Assembly: GCF_019683635.1 (NCBI RefSeq)
Contig: NZ_JADGIA010000003.1
Span: 19,323 to 83,322, forward strand
DNA: 64,000 nucleotides
Source: Thermogemmatispora sp.
GTDB taxonomy: Bacteria; Chloroflexota; Ktedonobacteria; Ktedonobacterales; Ktedonobacteraceae
Direction of reading: 5' to 3'
Made by a program: the position numbers and the translations under genes. This document shows positions 48,786 through 59,672 of the stretch, piece after piece. Within the stretch, counting starts at the first letter, position 1; every line of letters starts with the position of its first letter. Under the pieces are notes generated by a model. The model made no database searches and was not told the DNA's origin. It worked only from the letters and a program-made list of their open reading frames with translations.

Positions 48786-50162
48786 ATGGAAATCGGCAAA
48801 GACTCAGGCGAAGTAGCCATGAGCGCCGCAGCGACTGCGGAGCTTCCTAGCCGTCGAGTGTCGCTCCTCGAACACATCAACATCAACGTCTTCTGGTTTG
48901 CCAACAACTTCCACTGGCAGGCGCTGCTGGCCATCGTCATTCCCAGCATGGTGGCCAAATTCCTGCCAGTCAGCCAGGAGGCCATCAACCTCACCACCGT
49001 CGTTCTCTGGGGGACAATCGTCGCCGTGATTGTCAACCCGCTGGTCGGAGCCATCTCCGACTATGCCACCTTTCGTTTGGGGCGACGGCGTCCCTTCATG
49101 ATCATCGGCACCGTCTTCAATATCATCGTCCTGGTGGCTTTTGCCTTCGCCCCCGGCTGGGCCAGCTCTACGGCCTTGCTCGCGCTTTTCGCCGCCCTCT
49201 TCATCCTTCTCCAGATCACCAACAACGTCGCCAATTCCCCCTGGAGTGCTATTATCGCTGACAAAGTCCCCCAGAGCCAGCGCGGCCTCGCTGCCGGCTT
49301 CAATGGACTGCTCTCGCTGCTTGGAACTGCCGTCGGCTCGCTCGTTGCCGGAGCCATTGTCAACAAGCACGATCCTCTCCCGGTCTACCGTCAAGAGATC
49401 GTCCAGATCTTCCTCCTCATTGCCGCCGTCCAGATCATCTTTGTTGCCTACACGGTCCTCACCGTCAAAGAGACGCCCCTTCCCATGACGGGTCAGGAGC
49501 GCTTCAGCTTCAGACGCTTTATCCGTCGCTTCCTCTTCAATCCCCTCCACTATCCCGACATGGCCTGGGTTCTCCTTGCCAGGTTGCTTGTTATGATGGG
49601 GATCTGGACCGTCTACTATTTCCTGCAATACTACTTTGACAACGTACTGGGGGGACCGGGGGTACGGACCATCATCTACAATACGCCCTTCTCGGGCGAG
49701 TTTTTCAACGGCCTCGTCTTTCAACCGGCTCTCTTGCTCACGGCTCTGCTGACCTCGATCGTCGGCGGCTGGGCCTCGGACCACTGGGGCCGAAAAGGAC
49801 TGGTCTATCTCTCTGGGACGATGATGGCCATCGTCTGTCTTGTCTTTATCTTCTTTCAGACCCAATACGGAGCCTTTGTTGCGGCTCTCATCTTTGGCAT
49901 TGGCTTCGGGGCCTACACGAGCGTCGACTGGGCCCTGACCACCGATGTTCTGCCGCCAACCAATGAAGCCGGTAAATTTATGGGCTTCTGGTCAATGATG
50001 GGCATTCTGCCCCAGGTCATTGGGACGGCCATCGGGGGCGTCATCCTCCAGCTGCTACAGAGCCTGCCCAATCATCTCGGCTACACGGTCCTCTTTGCCG
50101 TGACTACGCTCTACTTTGCTATTGGCACCCTCGCCATCAAGCAAGTTCGGGGAGCGCGCTAG
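48786..50162 (+). CDS. MFS transporter (glycoside/sugar porter-like)
   Basis: GAISDYATFRLGRRRPF, WSAIIADKVPQSQRG, GWASDHWGRK, VDWAL. Confidence 0.85.
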   Translation: MEIGKDSGEVAMSAAATAELPSRRVSLLEHININVFWFANNFHWQALLAIVIPSMVAKFLPVSQEAINLTTVVLWGTIVAVIVNPLVGAISDYATFRLGRRRPFMIIGTVFNIIVLVAFAFAPGWASSTALLALFAALFILLQITNNVANSPWSAIIADKVPQSQRGLAAGFNGLLSLLGTAVGSLVAGAIVNKHDPLPVYRQEIVQIFLLIAAVQIIFVAYTVLTVKETPLPMTGQERFSFRRFIRRFLFNPLHYPDMAWVLLARLLVMMGIWTVYYFLQYYFDNVLGGPGVRTIIYNTPFSGEFFNGLVFQPALLLTALLTSIVGGWASDHWGRKGLVYLSGTMMAIVCLVFIFFQTQYGAFVAALIFGIGFGAYTSVDWALTTDVLPPTNEAGKFMGFWSMMGILPQVIGTAIGGVILQLLQSLPNHLGYTVLFAVTTLYFAIGTLAIKQVRGAR

Positions 50163-50469
50163 CAAGGCGATCAATGCGAAGCAGTCGTCGACGGAGACGG
50201 TTCAGGCGAGGGAGAGAAAAAGAGCAGGAGAGGCCACGGATCTGCGCTGGCTTGAGTGGCTTGAGACGGAGCAAGCCGTCCTGCGTCCTGCGAGAAGAGA
50301 GGCAGCATGGACAGGTAGAGCGCTAGAGCGAGCCGGCGTGCTGCCTATGCCAGTGCATGAACACAGCCAAGGGCTGGTCAACCCCAAACCAGGCGACCAG
50401 CCCTGCGTCTTCAGACAGGACCGCTGTGGCGGCCCTCACCCATCGTGCTCCTTACAAGAGCAGCTGAGC

Positions 50470-51393
50470 TTAGCGGATAGATCCCTCGTAGATGCCCATC
50501 ACTGTGTTCAGGAAGCGCAGAGCCTCGTCCTTGCGGCGCTGGAAGGAATTGCGTCCAATGATCGAGCCGAAACCGCCGCCATCGCGGATGGCGCGCACTT
50601 CCTCAAAGACCTGCTCGTCGGCAGCTGCCGGCCCGCCCGAGAAGATCACAATGCGCCGGCCATTAAAGGCGCTCTGCACCACATGGCGCACGCGATCGGC
50701 CAGGGTAGCAATTGGAATTTCATACTTCTGATAAACCTTTTGCGCCTCTGGCTTTTCAATCTTCTCGGTGGGGAGCTTCACCTTAATAATGTTCGCGCCG
50801 AGCTCGGCGGCGATGTGCACCGCATAGGCCACCACGTCGATGGCCGTCTCGCCCTCCTTGCTCAGGCCACTGCCGCGGGGATAGGACCAGACGACCACAG
50901 CCAGGCCGTGGGCCTTGGCCTGGCGAGTCAGCTCACGTAGCTCCTCGTACATCGTGTCGCGAGCAGCCGAGCCGGGGTAGATCGTAAAGCCGATCGCCGA
51001 GCAACCGAGGCGCAGAGCGTCCTCGACGCTAGAGGTCAAAGCTGGCAGAGGATCACGCGACTCATAGAGCAGGTCGTGGTTGTTGCACTTCAGAATGAGT
51101 GGGATCTCACCGGCGAACTCTGCGGCGCCGGCCTCCAGGAAGCCCAGCGGGGCGGCGTAGGCATTGCAGCCTGCCTCGATAGCCAGCTGGAAATGGTAGC
51201 GGGGATCATAGCCAGCCGGGTTCGGCGCGAAGCTCCGCGCCGGACCATGCTCAAAGCCCTGATCGACTGGCAAGATCACCAGCTTACCAGTTCCTCCCAG
51301 GCGGCCATGATTCAGAATACGGGCCAGGTTCGTTAAGACGCCGGGGTTCTCGCCGGCGTACCAGCTCAGAATCTCGCGAATGCGCTCGTTCAT
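50470..51393 (-). CDS. fbaB: Class I fructose-bisphosphate aldolase (DhnA/FbaB type)
   Basis: ILPVDQGFEHGP, AIGFTIYPGS, VVWSYPRG, NIIKVKLP, FSGG, GSIIGRNSFQR. Start refined to ATG 51393. Confidence 0.92.
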   Translation of the reverse strand: MNERIREILSWYAGENPGVLTNLARILNHGRLGGTGKLVILPVDQGFEHGPARSFAPNPAGYDPRYHFQLAIEAGCNAYAAPLGFLEAGAAEFAGEIPLILKCNNHDLLYESRDPLPALTSSVEDALRLGCSAIGFTIYPGSAARDTMYEELRELTRQAKAHGLAVVVWSYPRGSGLSKEGETAIDVVAYAVHIAAELGANIIKVKLPTEKIEKPEAQKVYQKYEIPIATLADRVRHVVQSAFNGRRIVIFSGGPAAADEQVFEEVRAIRDGGGFGSIIGRNSFQRRKDEALRFLNTVMGIYEGSIR

Positions 51394-51707
51394 ACGTGTT
51401 GCTCCTTCCTCCATCAACAGCGACAAATACGTTGGTAAACAGGATCTGTAAGCGTAGCTCAGCTAGAGAGAGTTCACAACCTTTATTGTACCACGGCGGA
51501 AACCGCGGTCCTGACCAGGACAGACAGCGAATCGCACGAGTCGCCGGTCCGGCCCGGCCCGGGCAGGCATAAGCAGCTTCGCCAGTGCCTGGAACCTGCT
51601 CCTCTACGAGCGGGCATAGCTCTGCTCAATGCTATTGAGCTGACCGCTTGGGATTGGCCAAATCGACGGCGCACCTGCTGAGCGCCTGCCGACCTTCTCA
51701 GATTAGA

Positions 51708-53726
51708 TTACCAGCGCTTCACCATATGCGCCACCTGCATTCCGCCACCTGGAGTGATCTCGTAGCTAATGCGATCGGGGTTAATATCCTCAATCCTGGG
51801 CACCTCGTCGGCGGGGACAATCGTATCGTGAGGGTGAACGATCTGCCAAACGCGGGCGATCGTTCCCGGCTCATAGGGACGATAGACATAGCGGCGGGTG
51901 CTGATTTTAGCGCGGCGAGCCTGGCTTTCGGCTTTCCCGAAGAGTTCCTTGGCCTGTTCATCCTCCAGGTAGGGATCGACTACCTCGAAGAGGCGTGGCG
52001 TTCGGGCCACGCGTGGCTCGCCAACGTAGAGGAAGACCACCGGGCGCCCGTCGGCGCTCTGGAGTGCCGTACGGATCACATCCTCATTATGAGGATTATT
52101 GGCTGTTAGCACTGCCAGAATGGAGCCGTGGAGATGGTCCTCGATCGTTGTCACTGGCACAGGCAAGCGACCCATCAGGCGGTGGCTGCGATAGTTATAG
52201 AAAGCCACCCCCATGCCCAATAAAGCGACCGAGCCGCCGAAGGCCGTAGCCAGCGGCTTTGCCACCAGGTTAATTGACCAGGCCAGCGTCACCAGGAAAG
52301 TGGTAAGGACCCCCAGATAGAAATCGATTGTGTACCAGAGGCCACGCCAGCCCTCGTATGAACGCTCGGCGCTCTCCACGATCTCGCCCTGAGTGGATCG
52401 CCGCGAGGTTTGAGGCTCGTGGTGGCCGTTGAGGGCCGGGCCACTGTCGGCGGTGAGCGCCAGGTCTGCCTTTGTGGGCGCGTGACCATTCTGCTGGCTC
52501 TCTCGCAGCTCCGCCAGGGCGGCAGCCCGATTCTGAGCTGTGTGTCGCTCGCGCCAGCGCACGACATCCAGGCCCAGGCAGGTCAACGAAAAAGCCCCCA
52601 GCAGGCCAAAGGCGTACATATCACCGAGCAAATCTAACTGGCCGTGAACGAGCAGCAAGACTATGATCGGAACGCCAGTCGCCAGAGCAATCGAATAGTG
52701 GGGAGTGCCGCGCAGGCGGTTCCGCTTGAGCACGAAGGAGGGCAGGAACTCCATGCGCGAGAGGGCCATAAACACATGGTAAGCGCCGATGATCGCCGTA
52801 TTGCTGGCAAAGACCAGCAAAGCGCTGGCGCTGATCGCCACCTCACTTTGGAGCCAGATATTACCCCAATGGCCGGCCAGCAGCGAGACAAGCTGGCTGT
52901 TCTTGAGGGGGTCACTTGCCTCCTGGGGTTGCAGGAGCGTCGAGAAAGTCGTGAGCAGGGGACTGGTGAGGCCGATCGTAACGACGACCAGCAGCAGAGC
53001 CAGGCCAGCGACCTTTTTGCGAGGTGTCTTCATGACCGGCGACAGCTGAGAGATGCTCTCCAGGCCCGAGAAAGCCAGGAAGGCCCCTCCGAAGCCGACC
53101 AGCAGCTTGACCGGAGTCACGGCATTGCCGGCGAACATGCTTTCGAAGAGATGGAGGGCCTCAGCGAGTGAGATGTGGCTAAAAACTGTGATGAGAATGG
53201 CCAGATCGCTGACAAAGGCGATCAAGGCGCCGATCAAGCTCACCGTGGCGCTTTCGGTGATACCGATCCAGTTAAGAATGCCCAGAAGAGTCAGGACAGC
53301 GATGGTAATCCAGAGAGCGTTGGGTCCCAGGGCTGGGAAGACGACGCTGAAATAGAAGATGCCCGAGAGACAGCTCAGAGCTGCCGTCAAGAAGTAGTCC
53401 ACCAGGATAAACATACCGCCCAGGGCGCCGAACCAGGGATTGAGAGCGTGGGCTGCCACACTGACAACACCGCCGCCCTGGGGGAAGCGTGCCGAGACCT
53501 CAGCGTACTTGAGCGTGAGCAGTATGAAGACAAACGTTGTGAGGAGGACAAAGAACCCGGCCAGTTTCCCCACGGTAACGTAGAGAATGCCGGGCGTATA
53601 GTACACTGAAGTGCCGATGTCGGCGAAGACGACTGCCCAGCAAAGCAGCGGGCCGAGGCGGCCACGGCCCGACTGATGCTCCTGCGACTGGTCTGTTGTT
53701 GCTGCCTGTGTCACCGATTCCTGCAT
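51708..53726 (-). CDS. APC-superfamily transporter, KimA/YdaO-like, with cytoplasmic C-terminal domain
   Basis: ADIGTSVYY, RFPQGGG, ILVDYFLTAALS, FSGLESISQ..PVMKTP; soluble USP-like tail. Start refined to ATG 53726. Confidence 0.75.
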   Translation of the reverse strand: MQESVTQAATTDQSQEHQSGRGRLGPLLCWAVVFADIGTSVYYTPGILYVTVGKLAGFFVLLTTFVFILLTLKYAEVSARFPQGGGVVSVAAHALNPWFGALGGMFILVDYFLTAALSCLSGIFYFSVVFPALGPNALWITIAVLTLLGILNWIGITESATVSLIGALIAFVSDLAILITVFSHISLAEALHLFESMFAGNAVTPVKLLVGFGGAFLAFSGLESISQLSPVMKTPRKKVAGLALLLVVVTIGLTSPLLTTFSTLLQPQEASDPLKNSQLVSLLAGHWGNIWLQSEVAISASALLVFASNTAIIGAYHVFMALSRMEFLPSFVLKRNRLRGTPHYSIALATGVPIIVLLLVHGQLDLLGDMYAFGLLGAFSLTCLGLDVVRWRERHTAQNRAAALAELRESQQNGHAPTKADLALTADSGPALNGHHEPQTSRRSTQGEIVESAERSYEGWRGLWYTIDFYLGVLTTFLVTLAWSINLVAKPLATAFGGSVALLGMGVAFYNYRSHRLMGRLPVPVTTIEDHLHGSILAVLTANNPHNEDVIRTALQSADGRPVVFLYVGEPRVARTPRLFEVVDPYLEDEQAKELFGKAESQARRAKISTRRYVYRPYEPGTIARVWQIVHPHDTIVPADEVPRIEDINPDRISYEITPGGGMQVAHMVKRW

Positions 53727-54219
53727 TGTAGAGTCCTTAGCTGAGCTCAGAGGATCTTGGATTGGGCCACCCCCTTTTTGGGTTACCCCTAATGGGGGAG
53801 GGAGAGGCACCTGAGCCGGCGCGTCGGTTGTTCCGGCTATAACTGTAACATGCAATCTTAACCCGGGGCAAGGGGAAAACGCCTCACTCTGGGCCAGTGG
53901 CCAGAGCGCGACCATTGTTACTTCGCTGCCGCTCAACCGTTCTAAGCCAAAGAAATGTTTCTCGGGTAATCACGCTGTTTCACTGGTCGGACAGACCTGG
54001 TGACAGGCGCATCTAGCTGGTGGTGTATCGGTGTGAGGTGGTCGGATTAGCGCCTGGACGAGGCAAGAGAGCGGCAGGTGTCTCACGCTGGAGAGTGGAG
54101 AGCAGGTCAAGAGGGTATGCTCCGTCTCTATCTTGTCTGTCTCCAGAGTTCGCGGGCAGCGGTTGGTCGTGGCTGATCGGATCGTCAGGTCTGCAACTGG
54201 AGAGGAGAAACTGAATACG

Positions 54220-54900
54220 ATGACAATAAGTGGCGATACCTTTGATCGTCTTCTAGAAGCAATCTATGCCCAACAGCGTCTATTAGAAGAGCTTGAGAGA
54301 GAGAATCGCGAACTGCGCCAGCAGCTGCAGGATCTACGCGAGGGGCGAGGAATTTTTGTAGAGATTCTGGGGGTGCGCTATCCCCTGTCTGTAATGGGGG
54401 AAGTAGAGCGGCAGGTTACTGCGCCTGCGCCAGCAGTCGCTGCGCAGCCTGAATACATAGCCATGCCGCCTTCCTACCAGCCGGTGTCAGAGCGGCAAGA
54501 AGAGCGCCCTGGGAGGCAGGACCAGCAAGAAGTAACGCCGGCGGAGGAGCGCCCTGGAAAAATCGCGCAGATCAGGGCCTCGATCGGGCCGCTGGAGGCC
54601 CAGCAGATGGCCCAGTCCCTGCCTCTGGCCCAGGCTCCAGCCCTGGAGGGGCCACGACTCTCCCCTTCGTATCTCGAAGAAATGTTGTTTGATGAATTTG
54701 CCTCCGCTGCCACAGGGCCGCTCGGGGCCTTTGCCAGCTCTGGTACTGAACCTGGATCAACCGAACCCCAGAGCGCAGAACATCCATCTGAGCAAAGACT
54801 GACTCAAGGCGGACCTGCAGGCCCTACACCTACGGCCCTCGACGAAGAAAGCAAGGCGGCCCTCAGGCGTGAGCTGATGGGTAGCTTCCTGCTGGACTAA
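54220..54900 (+). CDS. Hypothetical protein: N-terminal coiled coil, disordered Pro-rich middle, short C-terminal helix
   Basis: RBS GAGGAG; LLEELERENRELRQQLQDLREG heptads; ends ALRRELMGSFLLD. Confidence 0.7.
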   Translation: MTISGDTFDRLLEAIYAQQRLLEELERENRELRQQLQDLREGRGIFVEILGVRYPLSVMGEVERQVTAPAPAVAAQPEYIAMPPSYQPVSERQEERPGRQDQQEVTPAEERPGKIAQIRASIGPLEAQQMAQSLPLAQAPALEGPRLSPSYLEEMLFDEFASAATGPLGAFASSGTEPGSTEPQSAEHPSEQRLTQGGPAGPTPTALDEESKAALRRELMGSFLLD

Positions 54901-54960
54901 GCGCCGGCGCGAGTCAGAAACCGCTGCTTTTCGCTGCTCCTGTGGAACACAACTGCTGCT

Positions 54961-54992
54961 GTCCCTGGAAGGGGGGATCTCCTTCCAGGGAC
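54961..54992. terminator. Perfect 12-bp hairpin between convergent genes
   Basis: GTCCCTGGAAGG ... CCTTCCAGGGAC. Confidence 0.6.
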
Positions 54993-55129
54993 ACGTCCTT
55001 CTGACCAGCTCAACGGCTGGTTCTCCTCGCCTCTGCTCTTTGCTGTGTGTTGGCTCGCCTTTGACCCGCGGTAGTGATGGACGAACTACCTGCCAGTGGC
55101 GACCTATCTGGACGGAGGGGGATGCAAGG

Positions 55130-56233
55130 CTAGGATGTCAGGTGAATAGTCGTGCTGGCGCTCTGCATGCCGCTGCCGGACTGGCCCATTATCAGAGTGA
55201 ATTGCTGATCCTGCTGAGGAACACTAAAAGTGACCGTACCACCCTGGCCATGAGCTCCCTGGGCAAAGGCCACGGGCAAGGTGCTATAGCTAGGGGCAAT
55301 TCTGTCACCCTTCGCTGTCTGGAGACGGATATAATCGTACGGGGAGCCGGGGATCGCCGTCTGGGCCAGCGTGTTCTCAACCGTCAGCGTCAGGATCAAG
55401 AAGACCTTGCCTCGTGGGGCCTGCTGGCCCTCAGTGCTCCAGACCAGCATTGCTCTGGTAACGGTCCAGTTCAGTCCGAAGTACTGCAGTTGCGTATTCA
55501 ACTGCACGCTGCGGGGAGCATAGCGTGAGAGATCCGGCTTACTCGTCAGAGGGATATCCATCTGAGCCTCATTGTCCGTGCCCAGACGCAAAATGAGCTT
55601 GCTGAGGGGGACATTCAGTGAGGCGGCAAAGTCCAGCAGATTGTTGCGGCTCGCCTGGGGAGCAAGCGGGCCATTGGCAGTCACAAGCAACGGGGCCTGC
55701 GCACCTTTCCCGGGCACAAGCAGATGGGCACACTGGTAAAGATTATACACGATTGGGCTGGCTGTCGGATTCTCCTCATGCAAGGAGATACGCAGCATCC
55801 CGTCTGCCGTAGCTTGGGCATCATCGGCGAAGGTCTGCGCCTGTTGAACGCTCTGGATCGTCAGGCGAGCGCTAGCATAAGTCACCGTCGTATTCAGCGT
55901 CAGCGTCGTCACCGGTCCCTGTGCGTGGCTCTGGAAACCTGGCACGGGCAGACCGACGAAGCCAGCGACGATGTAGCCGAGGACAACGAGGAGCACAAGG
56001 GCGAGCAAGACGGGGAGCAGCCAGCGCTGCCGTGGAAGCCGTCTGGCGAGCGGACGCGCTGCCACGGCGGGCGCCGCTGGTGTCTGCTGCCCAGATACAG
56101 GCTGCGGTGGCTGTGCGCTCAGGTAAGAGAAAGCCTCGTCCGCGCTCAGGCCACAGCTAGGGCAGAAACGCTGGCCGGGTCTCGCCGGGGCGCCACAGCG
56201 GGGGCAAGACGACAATGGCGAATCCTGCGCCAT
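55130..56233 (-). CDS. Zinc-ribbon + TM + extracytoplasmic Ig-like (DUF4352-like) domain protein
   Basis: CPRCG...CPSCG, TM WLLPVLLALVLLVVLGYIVAG, FLILTLTVEN...GTVTFSVP. Confidence 0.7.
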   Translation of the reverse strand: MAQDSPLSSCPRCGAPARPGQRFCPSCGLSADEAFSYLSAQPPQPVSGQQTPAAPAVAARPLARRLPRQRWLLPVLLALVLLVVLGYIVAGFVGLPVPGFQSHAQGPVTTLTLNTTVTYASARLTIQSVQQAQTFADDAQATADGMLRISLHEENPTASPIVYNLYQCAHLLVPGKGAQAPLLVTANGPLAPQASRNNLLDFAASLNVPLSKLILRLGTDNEAQMDIPLTSKPDLSRYAPRSVQLNTQLQYFGLNWTVTRAMLVWSTEGQQAPRGKVFLILTLTVENTLAQTAIPGSPYDYIRLQTAKGDRIAPSYSTLPVAFAQGAHGQGGTVTFSVPQQDQQFTLIMGQSGSGMQSASTTIHLTS

Positions 56234-56572
56234 AACCAAAGACTCCTTGGGTGGGTACTCTCTCTGGGCTTGGCGTAGTGACAAAGGCGGGGGCTTCTCC
56301 CCCAAGCCTCTCGCTACCATTGTAGCATAACGCCTCGTAAAGACAGTGTAACTCAACCCTGCCCCAGAGTCCCATGTCCGTACCTGTCCGGGCTTCCTGA
56401 ATGGCAAGCGCCGGGCGGCCAGGCGAAAGAAAGGGTCGCTACTGGGGAGAGAAGATGATATAATGGTGAGGACTTTCGGAGACTCGACCGTAGGCCCAAG
56501 CCACCATCAACGCAGAGGACGTAGACAAGTATCAGTAGGCAAGCGCTAAGAGACATGAGGGGGTCAAGACCT

Positions 56573-58570
56573 GTGCCTGAGTTCAAAGTAGAGTCACCAT
56601 TCACACCAACCGGTGATCAACCGCAGGCCATAGCGGCTCTCGTCGAGGGCCTCAAAAAAGGTTATCGCATGCAGACGCTGCTCGGAGTCACTGGCAGTGG
56701 CAAGACCTATACGATAGCCAAGGTTATCGAGCAGGTGCAGCGACCAACATTAGTGCTGGCCCCCAATAAAACCCTAGCAGCGCAGCTCTACAGCGAGTTC
56801 AAGGAATTCTTTCCAAATAATGCAGTAGAGTACTTTGTTTCTTACTACGATTACTATCAGCCAGAGGCTTATATTCCACGCACCGATACCTATGTAGAGA
56901 AAGAGAGTCTTCTCAACGAAGAGATAGAGAAGCTCCGTCTCTCAGCAACCAGGAGCCTCTTTGAGAGGCGCGATGTTCTGATCGTGGCCTCAGTTTCCTG
57001 CATCTACGGCCTGGGCAGCCCGGAAGAATACGGTGAGGTAGTACTCACGCTGCGCGTTGGTGAGGAGCGGCGGCGTGATAAAATCTTGCGTCATCTCACC
57101 GAGATTCAGTATGAGCGCAACGACACCAACTTTACTCGGGGGCGTTTTCGTGTTCGTGGAGATGTGCTGGAGATCTTTCCGGCCTATGAGGACGTGGCGG
57201 TGCGGGTTGAGTTCTTTGGCGATGAGATTGAGCGCATGACGGAGATCGATCCGTTGACTGGCGAAGTGCTGGGAAGGAGGCAGCGCCTGGACATCTATCC
57301 AGCCAAGCACTGGGTCACGACACGCGAGCGCCTCAACCATGCCATCGAATCGATCCAGGCCGAGCTGCAGGAGCGCCTGGCCGAACTGGAGGCCCAGGGG
57401 AAGCTGCTGGAGGCGGCCCGTCTGAAGCAGCGGACGAATTTCGACATTGAGATGCTGCGCGAGACCGGCATCTGCTCGGGTATCGAGAACTATTCGCGAC
57501 ACCTCTCAGGACGTGCCCCGGGTGAGCCGCCCTGGACGCTGCTCGATTACATGCCCGATGACTTTCTGCTGGTGGTCGATGAGTCGCATATTGCCCTGCC
57601 CCAGGTACGCGGCATGTACGAGGGCGATCGCTCGCGCAAGCAGGTACTGGTGGACTACGGCTTCCGCCTGCCCTCGGCTCTCGATAATCGCCCGCTGACC
57701 TTCGCCGAATTTGAGCGCCAGATCAACCAGGCGATCTTTGTATCGGCCACGCCTGGCCCCTATGAATATGAGCACAGCGAGGCAGTCGTCGAACAGATCA
57801 TTCGCCCGACGGGCCTGGTTGATCCCGAGATCTTGGTGCGTCCGACCCGGGGCCAGATCGATGATCTGGTGGCTGAGATTCGCAAGCGGGTCGAGAAAGG
57901 GCAGCGCGCCCTGGTCACAACCCTGACCAAGAAAATGGCCGAGGATCTGGCCGACTATCTGCAGGAGCTAAACATCAAAGTCCATTATCTGCACTCGGAG
58001 ATCGACACCATCGAGCGAGTCGACATTCTGCGCGATCTGCGTCTGGGTGTTTATGACGTGGTGGTGGGCATCAACCTCTTGCGCGAGGGTCTGGACCTGC
58101 CGGAGGTCTCACTGGTGGCGATTCTGGACGCGGATAAAGAGGGTTTCCTGCGCTCGGAAGGCTCGCTTATTCAGATGATCGGGCGAGCCGCGCGCCATGT
58201 CGAGGGCACGGTCATTATGTATGCGGATACGATCACTGGCTCCATGCGGCGGGCCATTGATGAGACGAACCGCCGACGTCGCTTGCAGATGGCCTATAAC
58301 GAGCAGCATGGAATAACCCCGCGTGGTATTAAGAAAGGGGTTAAAACGCTCTCGGAGCGTATCAAAGCCATGAGTGCGGCGGGGGCCGATGAGGGTCATC
58401 AGGAGCAGAAGGCTGCCGTAGCCCTGGCAGGTATTCCCAAGGAGGAAGCCCTGCGTCTGATTAAGAATCTGGAGGCTCAGATGCGCGCCGCTGCCAAGCA
58501 GCTGGAATTTGAAAAAGCCGCTGAGCTGCGCGATCAGATCATTGAGATCCGGCGCGCGATGATTGAATAA
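56573..58570 (+). CDS. uvrB: Excinuclease ABC subunit B
   Basis: [49 protein letters not shown] tail [12 protein letters not shown] 56573 preferred (ATG 56555 is possible). Confidence 0.97.
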   Translation: MPEFKVESPFTPTGDQPQAIAALVEGLKKGYRMQTLLGVTGSGKTYTIAKVIEQVQRPTLVLAPNKTLAAQLYSEFKEFFPNNAVEYFVSYYDYYQPEAYIPRTDTYVEKESLLNEEIEKLRLSATRSLFERRDVLIVASVSCIYGLGSPEEYGEVVLTLRVGEERRRDKILRHLTEIQYERNDTNFTRGRFRVRGDVLEIFPAYEDVAVRVEFFGDEIERMTEIDPLTGEVLGRRQRLDIYPAKHWVTTRERLNHAIESIQAELQERLAELEAQGKLLEAARLKQRTNFDIEMLRETGICSGIENYSRHLSGRAPGEPPWTLLDYMPDDFLLVVDESHIALPQVRGMYEGDRSRKQVLVDYGFRLPSALDNRPLTFAEFERQINQAIFVSATPGPYEYEHSEAVVEQIIRPTGLVDPEILVRPTRGQIDDLVAEIRKRVEKGQRALVTTLTKKMAEDLADYLQELNIKVHYLHSEIDTIERVDILRDLRLGVYDVVVGINLLREGLDLPEVSLVAILDADKEGFLRSEGSLIQMIGRAARHVEGTVIMYADTITGSMRRAIDETNRRRRLQMAYNEQHGITPRGIKKGVKTLSERIKAMSAAGADEGHQEQKAAVALAGIPKEEALRLIKNLEAQMRAAAKQLEFEKAAELRDQIIEIRRAMIE

Positions 58571-58808
58571 GCCGGCCAGGCACGCTCAAGCGTCAGTCGC
58601 GTGCTGGATCATTACCTGGCCGGATGCATTGGCAGAAAGAGCAAGAGGGCAGGAGCACTTTCTGCGGCGCTCACTTTGCCAGGCCCCCGTGCCTGGCTCG
58701 AAAAGAGCAAGTTATTTACATGTGTGCCTGCTTGAAAGTCAGGCTTGCCGGAGTCCGGCACCACTACCTACCCGACCAGGAAGGAAAGGATTGGCAGTAC
58801 TATCAGCT

Positions 58809-59672
58809 ATGGCCCAGCAGAGTCCACATTGTCGGCAGCAGACCCAGCACGGTTATCGTACAGCGACCCAGGAAGCCGGACAGTCTGAGCAATCCGAGCA
58901 ATCTGAGCAGTCGGAAGAACGTCTCTTCCACACCGATCGGTGGTGTAGTCCTCATCTGCCTCCTTGTTGGCGGCGGCAGTTAGAGGCAGGCAGCGCAGTA
59001 GCAAGTGACCACCACTTCGCTGAAGCTGATCATATTGCGTGCTGGCAGGAGGCAGCACGTTTCTTTGTAGCAAGCGCGGCACGTGGCACAGACATACAGC
59101 GACAGCAGCTCATCCTCAATAGGAACGACGCCATTGCTTACCCCGCGTTCCCTCAGCCGCTGAGAGCGGCGATACAGGAGGAAGCCCGCGACCTCACCAT
59201 CAAGGTCTGGCCAGCTCGAAGGGTGCCGCAGCGGAGTTCCTGCGTCAGTAGCAAGGTCTGGCCTGCCTCGGTCTCTGGCCTGATCGTGATCAGGAAGCGC
59301 CAGATCCACACGGCCTTAAGGAGTGGACCGTTGGTGCTTAAGGCGCGGGTCTTTGACCAGGAGCCGATGACCAGCTTCCTCCTGGTACAGCAACTGAATC
59401 TTCTACTACCGCAGCTGGGCGGCCCACGGGATAGTGGGCGTGACCTGAAGAGGCCGCTCTCTACCGCGATGACCGCCTGGCGGATTGCCAAGCCTGAGTC
59501 TGAGCGACGCACAAGCGCAACGATCAACTGCGCCCACTGGACCAAGGTGGTCCACTTGCTGGTAACCTGTCCTGCCAGCAGGGCCTGGCTCCCTCTACGC
59601 AAGCCCCTTCGCGACCGGCGCGCTGCGTGGCTGGCGGGTGCAAAGTGGCTCTCTCGTCGCCAGGCTTGTTGA
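58809..59672 (+). CDS. Possible hypothetical protein with (QSE)4 repeat
   Basis: Open frame. The 9-nt repeat at 58881-58916 varies only at synonymous third positions in this frame. Confidence 0.35.
   Translation: MAQQSPHCRQQTQHGYRTATQEAGQSEQSEQSEQSEERLFHTDRWCSPHLPPCWRRQLEAGSAVASDHHFAEADHIACWQEAARFFVASAARGTDIQRQQLILNRNDAIAYPAFPQPLRAAIQEEARDLTIKVWPARRVPQRSSCVSSKVWPASVSGLIVIRKRQIHTALRSGPLVLKARVFDQEPMTSFLLVQQLNLLLPQLGGPRDSGRDLKRPLSTAMTAWRIAKPESERRTSATINCAHWTKVVHLLVTCPASRAWLPLRKPLRDRRAAWLAGAKWLSRRQAC

Noticed and set aside
48804-49865. 353-aa - strand ORF
   Set aside because: Antisense shadow of the MFS gene.
53727-54100. c-di-AMP (ydaO) riboswitch upstream of the KimA-like gene
   Set aside because: The conserved ydaO blocks were not recognisable.
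56234-56572. LexA/SOS box upstream of uvrB
   Set aside because: No GAAC-N4-GTTC or CTGT-N8-ACAG match was seen.
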